The notes under the pieces: model-generated | Database searches by the model: none | Seen by the model: only the letters and a program-made list of their open reading frames with translations | Told to the model about the DNA's origin: nothing | Made by a program: the position numbers and the translations under genes | Part shown: one piece after another, positions 7,435 to 15,848 of the stretch | How the letters are laid out: each line of letters starts with the position of its first letter | Position numbering within the stretch: the first letter of the stretch is position 1 | Assembly: GCA_041498975.1 (NCBI GenBank) | Contig: JBGQJI010000049.1 | Span: 1-16,581, forward strand | Source of the DNA: Candidatus Methylomirabilis sp. | Lineage (GTDB): Bacteria; Methylomirabilota; Methylomirabilia; Methylomirabilales; Methylomirabilaceae | DNA: 16,581 nucleotides | Direction of reading: 5' to 3'

Positions 7435-8142
7435 TTACAGGTGCGCGATGGTTTCGTGGGGGTGTGGTTCCTGCTCCCGGCCGAGCTTGCGCTCGAGGAT
7501 TTCCCGAGCTAGCGCCCGACCGCCCAAGCCGAACGCCAGGGCCAGGGCGAAGATCAGCCCACCAAAGGTGATGGTGAAGGTGACTAACACCATCTCCTTG
7601 CCGATCCCAAGCTGTGTCAGCATGGTGGCGATGGCGAAGAGGAGCACTCCCCACCGCGTGGCGCGGGCCAGGTGCCGAGCTTCTGGGACCCCGGCGTTCA
7701 CGGCGGCGATCAGAACGCCCTGGCCAAGGAAGTTGGCGACCAGCCACCCGACCACCAGGATCAGTCCCGCGGCAAGAAGTCGCTCAAGAAGTTGGACCAT
7801 GAGCCCCGTGGCAGCCGGCGCTCCCGGGAGGGCCAGGGCGTCGATGCCCATCGTGGCGAATACCGCAAAGACCCCCCAGAAGGCCAGAAGCCCGACGATC
7901 TGGGAGGGGGCGCGGCTGATGCCGGCTTTGGCCAGGACAGTTGTCAGTCCCCAGAGCTGGCTGAGGCGGTCGAAACCCACGGCGCGTGCGAGCCGCGTCA
8001 GGACCGCGCGGGCCACCCATCCCAGCAACGCGCCAAGGGCCAGGAGAGTCAACATGGCGAGAAGGCCGGGCAGGAGGGCCGCGATCCTGACACCCATGTC
8101 ACGGGTTGCGGTCCAGACGAATTCCTGCCACAAGTCAGTCAT
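7435..8142 (-). CDS. MscS-associated conserved TM-helix-repeat membrane protein (CmpX-like, 235 aa)
   Basis: Two copies of the (P/E)xLLAxxxxLxxGxLxxx pattern, TMLTQLGIG, and LAFGLGGRALAREILE. ATG 8142 follows GGAGGTG and overlaps the end of the upstream gene. Confidence 0.8.
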   Translation of the reverse strand: MTDLWQEFVWTATRDMGVRIAALLPGLLAMLTLLALGALLGWVARAVLTRLARAVGFDRLSQLWGLTTVLAKAGISRAPSQIVGLLAFWGVFAVFATMGIDALALPGAPAATGLMVQLLERLLAAGLILVVGWLVANFLGQGVLIAAVNAGVPEARHLARATRWGVLLFAIATMLTQLGIGKEMVLVTFTITFGGLIFALALAFGLGGRALAREILERKLGREQEPHPHETIAHL

Positions 8143-9415
8143 TGGGATCACCTCCATTCCATTCTGTCTCGAATAGGGGTTTGGTCTCTTCGAAGACCAG
8201 GGCCAATTTCTCAATTCGCGCCTCCGCCTCCTCAGGGCTCGCCTCCCACATCTCAAGGACAAACGAGGCGGTGCGGCCCAGGTACAGTGGGATCAGCAAC
8301 CGGAGCAGGTGGTCCCGGGGAAGGACCCTCCGGTGATGGGCCAAAGCAAAGCGGTACACCACCTGTGCCCAGAGCGGATCAGCTATCCGGAAGGCACTGG
8401 TCGGCGCTGCGGCGGCCTCGCGGAGAGCATCCATGAGTTGCGGGGGCAGAATCTTCCCCAATAGCTCCCCCAAGTCCACCAGACCTTGGCTGAAGATGGA
8501 GATCATGCGCTCTACATTCACCGGAATCGGCTCCACTCCCACGGCGTGCGGGAAGCCGAATAGCGGCACACCTTGGGATCCTCGACGTCCAAACCAGATC
8601 GATTCATGGCTCTCGATGAGATCGAAGCACGAGCCCACCACCTGGGTCATCATGGCGGTGAGGTCGCCGCTCGGGTCCTTGGCATCGTGGAGTTTCGCCC
8701 CCAGGTAGGCCTGACAGAGTCGGAACCCCCCGGCAATGGCTGTGGTGGTCATCCAGATGTCAATGCCGAAGCGGGCCACGTCGGTTTCCCAGACCGGCTT
8801 GGTCAAGAACGCGCTGGCGAGGCTCCTGGAAAAGCCGAACTCGCCGCCGATCGGCTGGCGGATCCGCTTGCCATACAGGGCCCGGGTGATTGGATACACG
8901 ATGCTGTTTGTGATGGTCCCGTCGAATTTGTGGCGCCAGTAGAGCGGCGCCACATAGTCGAAATGGCCTTCCAGGATCGGACGGAGGAGAAGCTCAAGCC
9001 ATTCCGGTCTGATCGAGCGGAGGTCCGAGTCCACCACGGCGCAAGCAGCCACCTCCAGACGATCCGCGATCTGGAAGATAGTGCGGAAGGCGCTCCCTTT
9101 GCCGGGGATGCCGTGGTACGGCGTCACGATCCTGGCGATCGGGGTCGTGGGTTGGGAAATGAGGATGGTAGCCGGATCGGACAGTTCTGCCTGAGCCACG
9201 ATCTCCTGAGTCCCATCCGTCGAGCCGCCGTCCGAGTTGACGATGACCGCCTTCGCGTCGGGGAAGTACTTGGTCAGCCCCGCCGCCGTTGCGCGGACCA
9301 CGTGGCCGATGGTCCGGGCGTTGTTGTAGCTCGGGATCCCCACGAGCAGGTCGGCACGGCCGATATTCTCGATCTGGACTTCGACGGCCTCCGGGAGCGG
9401 AGGCGCTTCGCTCAC
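8135..9415 (-). CDS. ggs: GT-A glycosyltransferase, glucosylglycerate synthase (Ggs)-like
   Basis: LVGIPSYNNARTIGHVV, DGGSTDGT, YHGIPGKGSA, VDSDLRSI, RHKFDGTITN, RIRQPIGGEFG and WETDVARFGIDIWMTT are motifs I associate with the single-step Ggs/Mgs-type synthases. The gene is adjacent to gpgS/gpgP. Sugar specificity is inferred. Confidence 0.75.
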   Translation of the reverse strand: MSEAPPLPEAVEVQIENIGRADLLVGIPSYNNARTIGHVVRATAAGLTKYFPDAKAVIVNSDGGSTDGTQEIVAQAELSDPATILISQPTTPIARIVTPYHGIPGKGSAFRTIFQIADRLEVAACAVVDSDLRSIRPEWLELLLRPILEGHFDYVAPLYWRHKFDGTITNSIVYPITRALYGKRIRQPIGGEFGFSRSLASAFLTKPVWETDVARFGIDIWMTTTAIAGGFRLCQAYLGAKLHDAKDPSGDLTAMMTQVVGSCFDLIESHESIWFGRRGSQGVPLFGFPHAVGVEPIPVNVERMISIFSQGLVDLGELLGKILPPQLMDALREAAAAPTSAFRIADPLWAQVVYRFALAHHRRVLPRDHLLRLLIPLYLGRTASFVLEMWEASPEEAEARIEKLALVFEETKPLFETEWNGGDPND

Positions 9416-10251
9416 GCCACCCTCAAGGCTGTCACGCGTCCGGTCATGATGGCCTGGATCGCCGCGGCCCAGCCTGCGGGACCGGGGGCAGGGGCCACAC
9501 GAAAGGGGCGGCCCATCAATGCTGTGTCCACGAGGAATCGCTCTCGGGGAATCACCACGGGGATATCGACCCGCTCGAGCATCGAGAGATCGTTAGGCCC
9601 ATCGCCGAGCCCCACTGACATGAGGTCTGGAGAGTTCGATCGGTATAGGAGGGTCAGGAGGACCACGGCAAGCCCCTTGGTATTCCTCCCGGTCAGGTGA
9701 TAGAACCTGCCCCCGCGCGAGAAAATGAGCCTCCGTCTCCTGGTCTCACACGTGAGCCGCCGAATTTGCTGCGGGTTCAGGTCGGCCACGAAGGGCTCAT
9801 CGTACCGCCGGGCCTTGGCCCGGCGGGCTGCCTCGAGATCGAGTCCCGTGAAGGACGCTACCTCCTCGGGGCTCATCTCGGCGAACCCACGAAGGTCGAA
9901 GCCCGTGACGCGTCGGATCTCGTGGAGGGCCCGGGTGAGTCGCTCATAGGGGACTCCGAGTTCTATCATCCCGTACACCCCAGCGGGGCGAAAGAAGGCG
10001 TGAGGGACAGGGAAGTAGCCCTCCGGGATCAGGATGGCGCCGCCGTTCTCCACGATGAACGGATCGGCCAGGCCGAGGATCTCCCGGTGAAACTCCACCT
10101 CCGCCTGAGCCTTGGAAGAGCAGAGCACCACCGGGATTCCCTGCCGTTTGAGATGATCGAGCGAAGGGCGAGCTGGCTCGAACTCGTAGCTCTCTCGGTC
10201 CAGGAGGCAGCCGTCAAGGTCACTATAGATCACAAAGTTGTGACGCCTCAC
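9412..10251 (-). CDS. gpgP: Glucosyl/mannosyl-3-phosphoglycerate phosphatase (HAD IIB, MpgP/GpgP/YedP family)
   Basis: SDLDGCLL, CSSK, PFIVENGG, RYDEPF, GGRFYHL..KG and GLGDGPNDLSML. GTG start after GGAGGGG. The 4-nt GTGA overlap couples it to the next gene. Confidence 0.9.
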   Translation of the reverse strand: MRRHNFVIYSDLDGCLLDRESYEFEPARPSLDHLKRQGIPVVLCSSKAQAEVEFHREILGLADPFIVENGGAILIPEGYFPVPHAFFRPAGVYGMIELGVPYERLTRALHEIRRVTGFDLRGFAEMSPEEVASFTGLDLEAARRAKARRYDEPFVADLNPQQIRRLTCETRRRRLIFSRGGRFYHLTGRNTKGLAVVLLTLLYRSNSPDLMSVGLGDGPNDLSMLERVDIPVVIPRERFLVDTALMGRPFRVAPAPGPAGWAAAIQAIMTGRVTALRVA

Positions 10252-10264
10252 AATCCCCCTCCGC

Positions 10265-11473
10265 CTAAGCGTTATCCTTTTCGACTGCGACCAGAAGCCG
10301 CTCGAAGATGTCGGGGATCGCCGCCAGCACCCGGTTCCAGTTGGGGATAAGGGGCATTCCCACAGGGTCGCCCAGGTACTCCTCCGAGGCCAGGTCCACG
10401 GCGCGCGCGAAGGCCTCCACCGCTCGGCCTTCCTCGTGGTGAGAGAAGCTCAGGCTGTTGATAGAGGCGTCGCTCTGGTAACGCGCCATCACGTCCCGGG
10501 CGCTTCGCAGATACGTCACCGGCAGGCTTTTCAGGAGTCCATCAGAGATGGAGACCCCCTCCTCGGCGAGCGTGCGCAGGATGGATTTGGTGATGTCCAC
10601 CGCCATCCGCATGAGCCCCTTCTTGGGATCGTCCGCCGAGAGGTCCTGGTGCTTGTGCTCGTATGAATCCAAGAGCTCGGACTGGCAGACGCGCCCCCAG
10701 GAAACATTGCGGTACACCTCGGCGAGCACACCCACTTCCAGGCCCCAGTCCCCCGGGATCAGGTTTATCCGTGCCAGGTCGGCGACCATGGCGAACTCTC
10801 CCGCCAGCGGGTAGCGGAAGGAGTTGATAAAGGTCAGGAAGGGCTGGTGTCCCAGCATCCGCTCGAGGGCCCGGATAAGCGGCGTCACCAGGAGGCGGGC
10901 GGCTCGACCGTGCAGCCGATCGGTCACGCGGCTGTAATAGCCCTTGCAGAAGCTGAAGCCGAGCTGGGGATTGGCGACTGGGTAGATCAGCCGGGCCAGA
11001 AGCTCGCGCGTGTAGGAGAGGATATCGCAATCGTGAAGACCAATGACATCGCACTCGGCTCGCCCCAGCACGTACCCATAGGCGAGCCAGGCGGAGCGGC
11101 CTTTGCCGTCCGGGCCGACGGTGAGCCCCTTCTCCTCCATTTCGCGGAAGAGGCCCTGGACCCTGGACCCATCGATCCAGACCAGAGTGGTTTTCTGAGG
11201 GAGTGCGGCGAAGAAGTGCTTGGCCTTGGCAAACTGATCCTCATTCGCCCGGCCCAGGGTCACGACGACCTCCCGAATGTAACGGACCTGCATGAGCTCC
11301 TCGGCGATCCGCGGCATGGCCGGAGTCTCAAGCTCCGAGAAGAGGCATGGGAGCACAAGGGCCACGGGTCGAATCGCCGCCGTTCGTTCCAGCTCGACCT
11401 CGAGAGTTTCCAGGTTGGGCGGGCCGAGCTTGTGCAGGGTCGTGATCACACCCGACTGGTGGAAGTCACTCAT
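10265..11473 (-). CDS. gpgS: Glucosyl-3-phosphoglycerate synthase (long ~400-aa type)
   Basis: MSDFHQSGVITTLHKL, LVLPCLFSEL, GKGRSAW, LHDCDI, FCKGYYSRV..RLHGR, FRYPLAGEF, DWGLEVGVLAEV, YEHKHQ and LIPNWNRV. It lies directly upstream of the cognate phosphatase. Confidence 0.85.
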   Translation of the reverse strand: MSDFHQSGVITTLHKLGPPNLETLEVELERTAAIRPVALVLPCLFSELETPAMPRIAEELMQVRYIREVVVTLGRANEDQFAKAKHFFAALPQKTTLVWIDGSRVQGLFREMEEKGLTVGPDGKGRSAWLAYGYVLGRAECDVIGLHDCDILSYTRELLARLIYPVANPQLGFSFCKGYYSRVTDRLHGRAARLLVTPLIRALERMLGHQPFLTFINSFRYPLAGEFAMVADLARINLIPGDWGLEVGVLAEVYRNVSWGRVCQSELLDSYEHKHQDLSADDPKKGLMRMAVDITKSILRTLAEEGVSISDGLLKSLPVTYLRSARDVMARYQSDASINSLSFSHHEEGRAVEAFARAVDLASEEYLGDPVGMPLIPNWNRVLAAIPDIFERLLVAVEKDNA

Positions 11474-11533
11474 CGCCTTTTCTCCTCCCTCCTAACCCGG
11501 TAGCCAGGGCTGAGAGCGGCCACTTGGTGTCTG

Positions 11534-11962
11534 TCACCCCGTGGAGCGATACGCCACCGCTCCCATCCCCACCGAAGGCGGGCGCGATCTCCGCCTCGCC
11601 TGCAGCTCAGCTTGTGACTGGCAGGGTGTGCACCGCTCGGCAAACGGCAGCGCTCGGAGTCGCGCCAGCCCGATGAACTCCTCGCAATCGTAGCAAATCC
11701 CATAATCCCTGCGGCGTAGCCGCTCGAGTGCCGTCTCGATCTGGACGAGCTCTCGACTACGGCTGTCCATCACCGCGACCTGGATCTCGTCACGGAGGGT
11801 CTCGATCGCTTTGGCCGCAGAGGCCGCTGATCGGCGAGCCTCATCGGCAAAACGGCCGGTCATGACACTCCGCAGGGACTGCTTCAGCTTCGCATATCTC
11901 TCTTTGAGAAACCGCTCGATCTCTTTCACGCTCCGGCGATCGAGCCTGTCCTTGGGCTTCAT
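11534..11962 (-). CDS. TraR/DksA-family C4 zinc-finger protein
   Basis: Coiled coil followed by ALERL...YGICYDCEEFIGLARLRALPFAERCTPCQ. RBS AGGAGG upstream of ATG 11962. Confidence 0.9.
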   Translation of the reverse strand: MKPKDRLDRRSVKEIERFLKERYAKLKQSLRSVMTGRFADEARRSAASAAKAIETLRDEIQVAVMDSRSRELVQIETALERLRRRDYGICYDCEEFIGLARLRALPFAERCTPCQSQAELQARRRSRPPSVGMGAVAYRSTG

Positions 11963-12014
11963 AGCACTCGACCTCCTTTCGGGAAGCTTCGGACTCAGCC
12001 AGATAGATTGCCCG

Positions 12015-12073
12015 AAAAAGTGTTGCAGCGCCGAAGGCCAGGAGTAATCCTCCGGGACCTCCGGCGCTGCAGC
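12015..12073 (-). terminator. Long GC-rich hairpin with short U-tract (terminator or mRNA-stabilising stem)
   Basis: Perfect 10-bp arms TGCAGCGCCG (12024-12033) / CGGCGCTGCA (12062-12071), extended inward by AGG/CCT, CC/GG and GGAG/CTCC. ACTTTTT follows on the minus strand. The stem begins 12 nt after the upstream stop codon. Confidence 0.55.
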
Positions 12074-12085
12074 CTGGTGGAGCCT

Positions 12086-12358
12086 CTAGGACTCCTTCTC
12101 CGGATGCACCAAGATGGAGGTCACGATGTTCTGCCCGCCATTTTGCTCGAAAGTGGCTCTGACGGTCACCCCCTCCTTAAGGGCATCGCGGTGGATGTTG
12201 ACACCGGCGGGTATGACGAGCGTGGTCCCATCATAGAGCGTTACCATCTTTCCGTAAGGGTCCACGCTCATGATCTTGCCTTCGATCGTCTGAGCGGCCC
12301 ACGCAACTGATGCCGCCAGCAGCAAGGCGGCCAGGAGCAGGAGCGTCCCTTTCATCAT
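12086..12358 (-). CDS. Small exported beta-rich protein, DUF1344-like
   Basis: Signal peptide ending AWA-A, then EGKIMSVDPYGKMVTLYDGTTL...LKEGVTVRATFEQNGGQNIVTSI. Strong RBS AGGAGGTG. Confidence 0.75.
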   Translation of the reverse strand: MMKGTLLLLAALLLAASVAWAAQTIEGKIMSVDPYGKMVTLYDGTTLVIPAGVNIHRDALKEGVTVRATFEQNGGQNIVTSILVHPEKES

Positions 12359-12457
12359 ATGTCACCTCCTTAGGCCTCGTCATGATTCTCCCCGAAGTCG
12401 AGCGATTCTGGCTCGGCGCGTCAAGGGGGGGGCGGCGAAGCCATGCCGTCGTCTCGG

Positions 12458-12473
12458 AGCAAGCCAGGTGCCG
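12458..12473 (-). promoter_or_regulatory. Sigma-54 (-24/-12) promoter for the DUF1344-dksA-like-gpgS cluster
   Basis: The minus strand reads CGGCACCTGGCTTGCT (GG-N10-GC; YGGCAC-N5-TTGCW), 100 nt upstream of ATG 12358. Confidence 0.8.
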
Positions 12474-12518
12474 AAGCTGGAGGAGGGGTTGCTAAAGTAC
12501 TGTGAATTCTTGGAAAAA

Positions 12519-12531
12519 TAAATCATTGAAA
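12519..12531 (-). promoter_or_regulatory. Candidate IHF site
   Basis: Minus strand TTTCAATGATTTA has one mismatch to WATCAANNNNTTR and sits in an AT-rich patch upstream of the sigma-54 promoter. Confidence 0.4.
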
Positions 12532-12848
12532 GCCTGAATGGCGGAGGAAAAGCATGGAAGCCTGGGGGCAGAAATAATGTAAAACTTACCTTATCAGATG
12601 TGCGAATGTCGGTCTGAACAAGCAATCATTTCGGAACTTAAACCAGATCGGACCGTGGGAAGATTTTTTACTTCACTATCGTGGGGTGATCGTAGTCAGA
12701 CACGCCCCTTGCTCGCCGGCTTCAGCCTCGAAAGTCACGGACCACCAGTCGCCGCCTCAACTTGGCCGCGCGGGAAATATTGGACTCCGGGGCGGACGAT
12801 CTGCACGAGATAAGCCGCCTCGAAGATCACGAAGGCGGAGAGGTGTCA

Positions 12849-12877
12849 TTGACAACGTGCGCCGGTGGTGATAGAAA
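12849..12877 (+). promoter_or_regulatory. Candidate sigma-70 promoter of fhs
   Basis: TTGACA-17 nt-TAGAAA, with TG-n immediately before the -10 box. Confidence 0.55.
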
Positions 12878-12904
12878 GAGGGGGCTTTTTCGAGGTGTCA
12901 ATCG

Positions 12905-14575
12905 ATGAAATCAAGCATCGCGATCGCCCAGGAAGCGAAGAAGCGGCCGATCATGGAGATCGCCGCCGAGCTTGGCCTGCCGGAGCAGGCGGTCGAGCCG
13001 TACGGGCGGTTCAAGGCCAAAGTCTCCCACCGCCTCCTTTCCACTCTTAAGGACCGTCCCTGGGGGAAGTTGATCCTGGTGAGCGGGATCACCCCGACTC
13101 CGGCCGGCGAGGGGAAGACGACCGTCACCGTCGGCCTCTCACAGGCGTTGCGCCACCTCGGCAAACAGGCTGTCGTTGCCCTCCGGGAACCGTCCATGGG
13201 TCCGGTCTTCGCCATGAAGGGCGGCGCGGCCGGGGGAGGATACTCCCAGATCCTGCCGATGGAGGATATCAACCTCCACTTCACAGGCGACATCCATGCC
13301 GTCACTTCCGCCCACAACCTTCTCGCGGCCCTGATCGACAACCACGTCTATCACTGGAATCACCTCAAGATCGACCCCCGGCGTATTCTCTGGCGGCGCG
13401 TTGTGGACATCAATGACCGGGCCCTCCGGAACGTGATTCTGGGCCTGGGCGGCGCGCTTCAGGGGGTTCCCAGGGAGACCTGGTTCGATATCACCGCTGC
13501 GTCCGAGGTCATGGCGGTCCTCTGTCTGTCCGAGACCTTGAAGGAGATGAAGGAGCGTTTGGCCCGGATCCTCATCGGGTACACCTACCAAGTGGAGCCG
13601 GTGCGAGTCGGCGATCTGGGCTGTCAGGGCGCGCTGGCCGTTCTGCTGAAGGACGCCCTCGATCCGAATCTGGTCCAGACGCTGGAGGGGGGGCCGGCCC
13701 TGGTCCACGGAGGACCCTTCGGCAACATCGCGCACGGCTGTAACTCCGTCCTGGCCACCAAGCTCGCCCTGAAGCTGGGGGAGTACGCGGTCACTGAAGC
13801 CGGGTTCGGGTTTGATTTGGGCGGCGAGAAGTTCCTCGACATCAAGTGCCCCTATGCCGGCCTGAAGCCCGCCGCGATCGTCATGGTGGCCACGGCCAGG
13901 GCCCTCAAGATGCACGGCGGCGTGTCCGTCAGTCAACTGAAGGTCCAGAATCCCGAGGCGGTCAGGAGGGGCCTGCCGAACCTGGAGCGGCATCTGGAGA
14001 GCGTCCGCAAGTTCAGAATCCCCTGCATGGTGATCATCAACCGGTTCACCTTCGATACCAAGGCGGAGTTGGACGTGATCCTGAACCGGTGCGAGGCGTT
14101 GGGGGTGGACGCGGCAGTGGCGGATGTCTTCGCCCTCGGCGGGCGGGGCGGGATCGAGGCGGCGGAGCGCCTCGTCAAGATGATGGCGGACCATCCATCC
14201 GAATACCACCAGCTCTACGACTGGAAAGAGAGCGTGAGGAGGAAGATCTTCCTGATCGCCTCGGAGATCTATGGGGCCAAGAAGGTTGAGTACACCGAGA
14301 AAGCCATGACCCACCTCAAGTGGATCGAGAAGTTGGGGCTCCACGACCTGCCGATCTGCATGGCGAAGACCCAAAAGTCACTCTCCGACGATCCGACGCT
14401 GATGGGCCGTCCTGAGGGCTTCACGATCACCGTCCGCGAGATCCGGATCGCCGCGGGCGCCGGCTTCCTGGTTCCCCTGACCGGCGACATGCTCACCATG
14501 CCGGGCCTTCCGCGCCACCCTGCTGCCGACTCGATCGACATCGACGCCCGCGGCAAAATCAAGGGGCTGTTCTGA
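12905..14575 (+). CDS. fhs: Formate--tetrahydrofolate ligase
   Basis: 556 aa with TPTPAGEGKTT, LREPSMGP, KGGAAGGGYSQ, INLHFTGD, ASEVMA, HGGPFGNIAHGCNS, TEAGFG, CMAKTQ and TMPGLP. Confidence 0.98.
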   Translation: MKSSIAIAQEAKKRPIMEIAAELGLPEQAVEPYGRFKAKVSHRLLSTLKDRPWGKLILVSGITPTPAGEGKTTVTVGLSQALRHLGKQAVVALREPSMGPVFAMKGGAAGGGYSQILPMEDINLHFTGDIHAVTSAHNLLAALIDNHVYHWNHLKIDPRRILWRRVVDINDRALRNVILGLGGALQGVPRETWFDITAASEVMAVLCLSETLKEMKERLARILIGYTYQVEPVRVGDLGCQGALAVLLKDALDPNLVQTLEGGPALVHGGPFGNIAHGCNSVLATKLALKLGEYAVTEAGFGFDLGGEKFLDIKCPYAGLKPAAIVMVATARALKMHGGVSVSQLKVQNPEAVRRGLPNLERHLESVRKFRIPCMVIINRFTFDTKAELDVILNRCEALGVDAAVADVFALGGRGGIEAAERLVKMMADHPSEYHQLYDWKESVRRKIFLIASEIYGAKKVEYTEKAMTHLKWIEKLGLHDLPICMAKTQKSLSDDPTLMGRPEGFTITVREIRIAAGAGFLVPLTGDMLTMPGLPRHPAADSIDIDARGKIKGLF

Positions 14576-14609
14576 ACCCCGAGCCTTGGCTGGCGGCGGC
14601 CGGAAGCAT

Positions 14610-15554
14610 TCAACCGTCTTTCTTCCCGGTATATCTCTGACTCAGGCGCCGGAGTAATTCCCAGGAGTTGGGTACGGAAGCGATAATCAAATCCGCCGCC
14701 ATCCGCGCCCAGTTCAGGTCTGTCCCCAGCCACCGCACCAGGGAGAGATAACAACGGGTTCGCTCATATCCGGTCAGTGGGACGCGCCTCACACACTTGA
14801 AATATTCGAGGAGGATCCTCCAATGCGGGAATACAACTTTTGCCGCACGAGCTGGATCGAACAACTCCGCGCGCAGATGATGTGCAGGCAGCGCCCTCAC
14901 TGAGCGCTCGGGATGGTCTCGTGAGAAGAACAGGAATTCGGGGATCTCATGAAGCCTGCCGCGCAGGCCAAGCTCTGCCCGCAAAATGCGGTCGGACGCA
15001 ATATAACCGGCCATGAGCGGCGTCATTCTCAGGACGCTTGAACGGATCAGCCCGGAAACCTCAAAGCACCAGCGATCGGTGAGTATAAGGTCGGCGAAAC
15101 GCTCGTGCGGTTTCGGCGAGTCGATCCTGTCCAATGTCATATCGAAGTCATGCATCTCGTGTACGAATTCGTCGATGATCGTTACCTTGGAATGGCATAA
15201 GACCACGGCGGAGTCCTGGTCGAGTACTTCAACGCACTTCATCAAGAAGTCCGGGGCGATCACGTCGTCATGGGCAGCCCATTTAAAGTAGTCCCCTGAG
15301 GATAATTCGAAGACGCGACTAAAATTCCTGGCAAGGCCGAGATTTTTTTCATTGCGATAGTACCTGATGCGTCCATCCTTGGCCGCGTAGGCTCGACAGA
15401 TTTCCTCGGTCCCGTCGGTCGATGCGTTGTCGGAGATGATCAGCTCGAAATCCGGGTACGTTTGAGCCAGGATCGAGTCCAGCGCCTCTGCGAGATACTT
15501 CGCTCCGTTGAACACCGGCAGTCCGATGCTGACGCGAGGCTTGTGGTGGTGCAT
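14610..15554 (-). CDS. Glycosyltransferase family 2 protein
   Basis: PRVSIGLPVFNG, ELIISDNASTDGT, RNEKNLGLARN and YFKWAAHDD. The start is uncertain (ATG 15554, GTG 15557, or GTG 15566 which follows GGAGG). The ORF-track extension to 15767 is unsupported. Confidence 0.9.
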   Translation of the reverse strand: MHHHKPRVSIGLPVFNGAKYLAEALDSILAQTYPDFELIISDNASTDGTEEICRAYAAKDGRIRYYRNEKNLGLARNFSRVFELSSGDYFKWAAHDDVIAPDFLMKCVEVLDQDSAVVLCHSKVTIIDEFVHEMHDFDMTLDRIDSPKPHERFADLILTDRWCFEVSGLIRSSVLRMTPLMAGYIASDRILRAELGLRGRLHEIPEFLFFSRDHPERSVRALPAHHLRAELFDPARAAKVVFPHWRILLEYFKCVRRVPLTGYERTRCYLSLVRWLGTDLNWARMAADLIIASVPNSWELLRRLSQRYTGKKDG

Positions 15555-15790
15555 CACACCCTGCACGGGAGCCTCCGATCCCACACGGCCCACCTCACAC
15601 AATCTCTCTTCCGGTGACACGGTGTTACCTTCTGCCAATGACCCAGTACCTTGTATCACGGCCTGTCTGTCAGGGTCAAGCCACGGCATGGCCAACAGTG
15701 CGCCGACGACGGGAGGATCGTGTCTTACCTCCAGCGAATGTTTCCATTGAAGCTGCCAGTGCAGCACGAAGACCTCTCCTTCCTATCTCC

Positions 15791-15819
15791 TTGAAATGCG
15801 ATCACAGCGCATGTACCAT
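15791..15819 (+). promoter_or_regulatory. Candidate sigma-70 promoter of glgA
   Basis: TTGAAA-17 nt-TACCAT, about 30 nt before ATG 15849. Confidence 0.55.
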
Positions 15820-15848
15820 AAGGGGCCTTGCTCATGGAGTCAGCCGCA

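Noticed and set aside
8573..9700. 375-aa plus-strand ORF, and similar ones at 2855-3691, 7331-8176, 7672-8436, 9697-10350 and 10847-11503
   Set aside because: All are antisense shadows of well-supported minus-strand genes.
12539..12547. TGGCGGAGG, identical to the last 9 nt of the tRNA-Sec, as a possible att repeat
   Set aside because: It is only 9 nt in GC-rich DNA and lies on the upstream side of the tRNA, the wrong side for a 3'-end duplication.
12686..12904. ZTP or THF riboswitch upstream of fhs
   Set aside because: I saw no consensus elements, and the candidate promoter leaves only about 20 nt of leader. An Rfam scan would settle it.
13139..14374. 411-aa antisense ORF
   Set aside because: It lies wholly opposite fhs, has no recognisable motifs, and is the usual shadow frame of a GC-rich gene.
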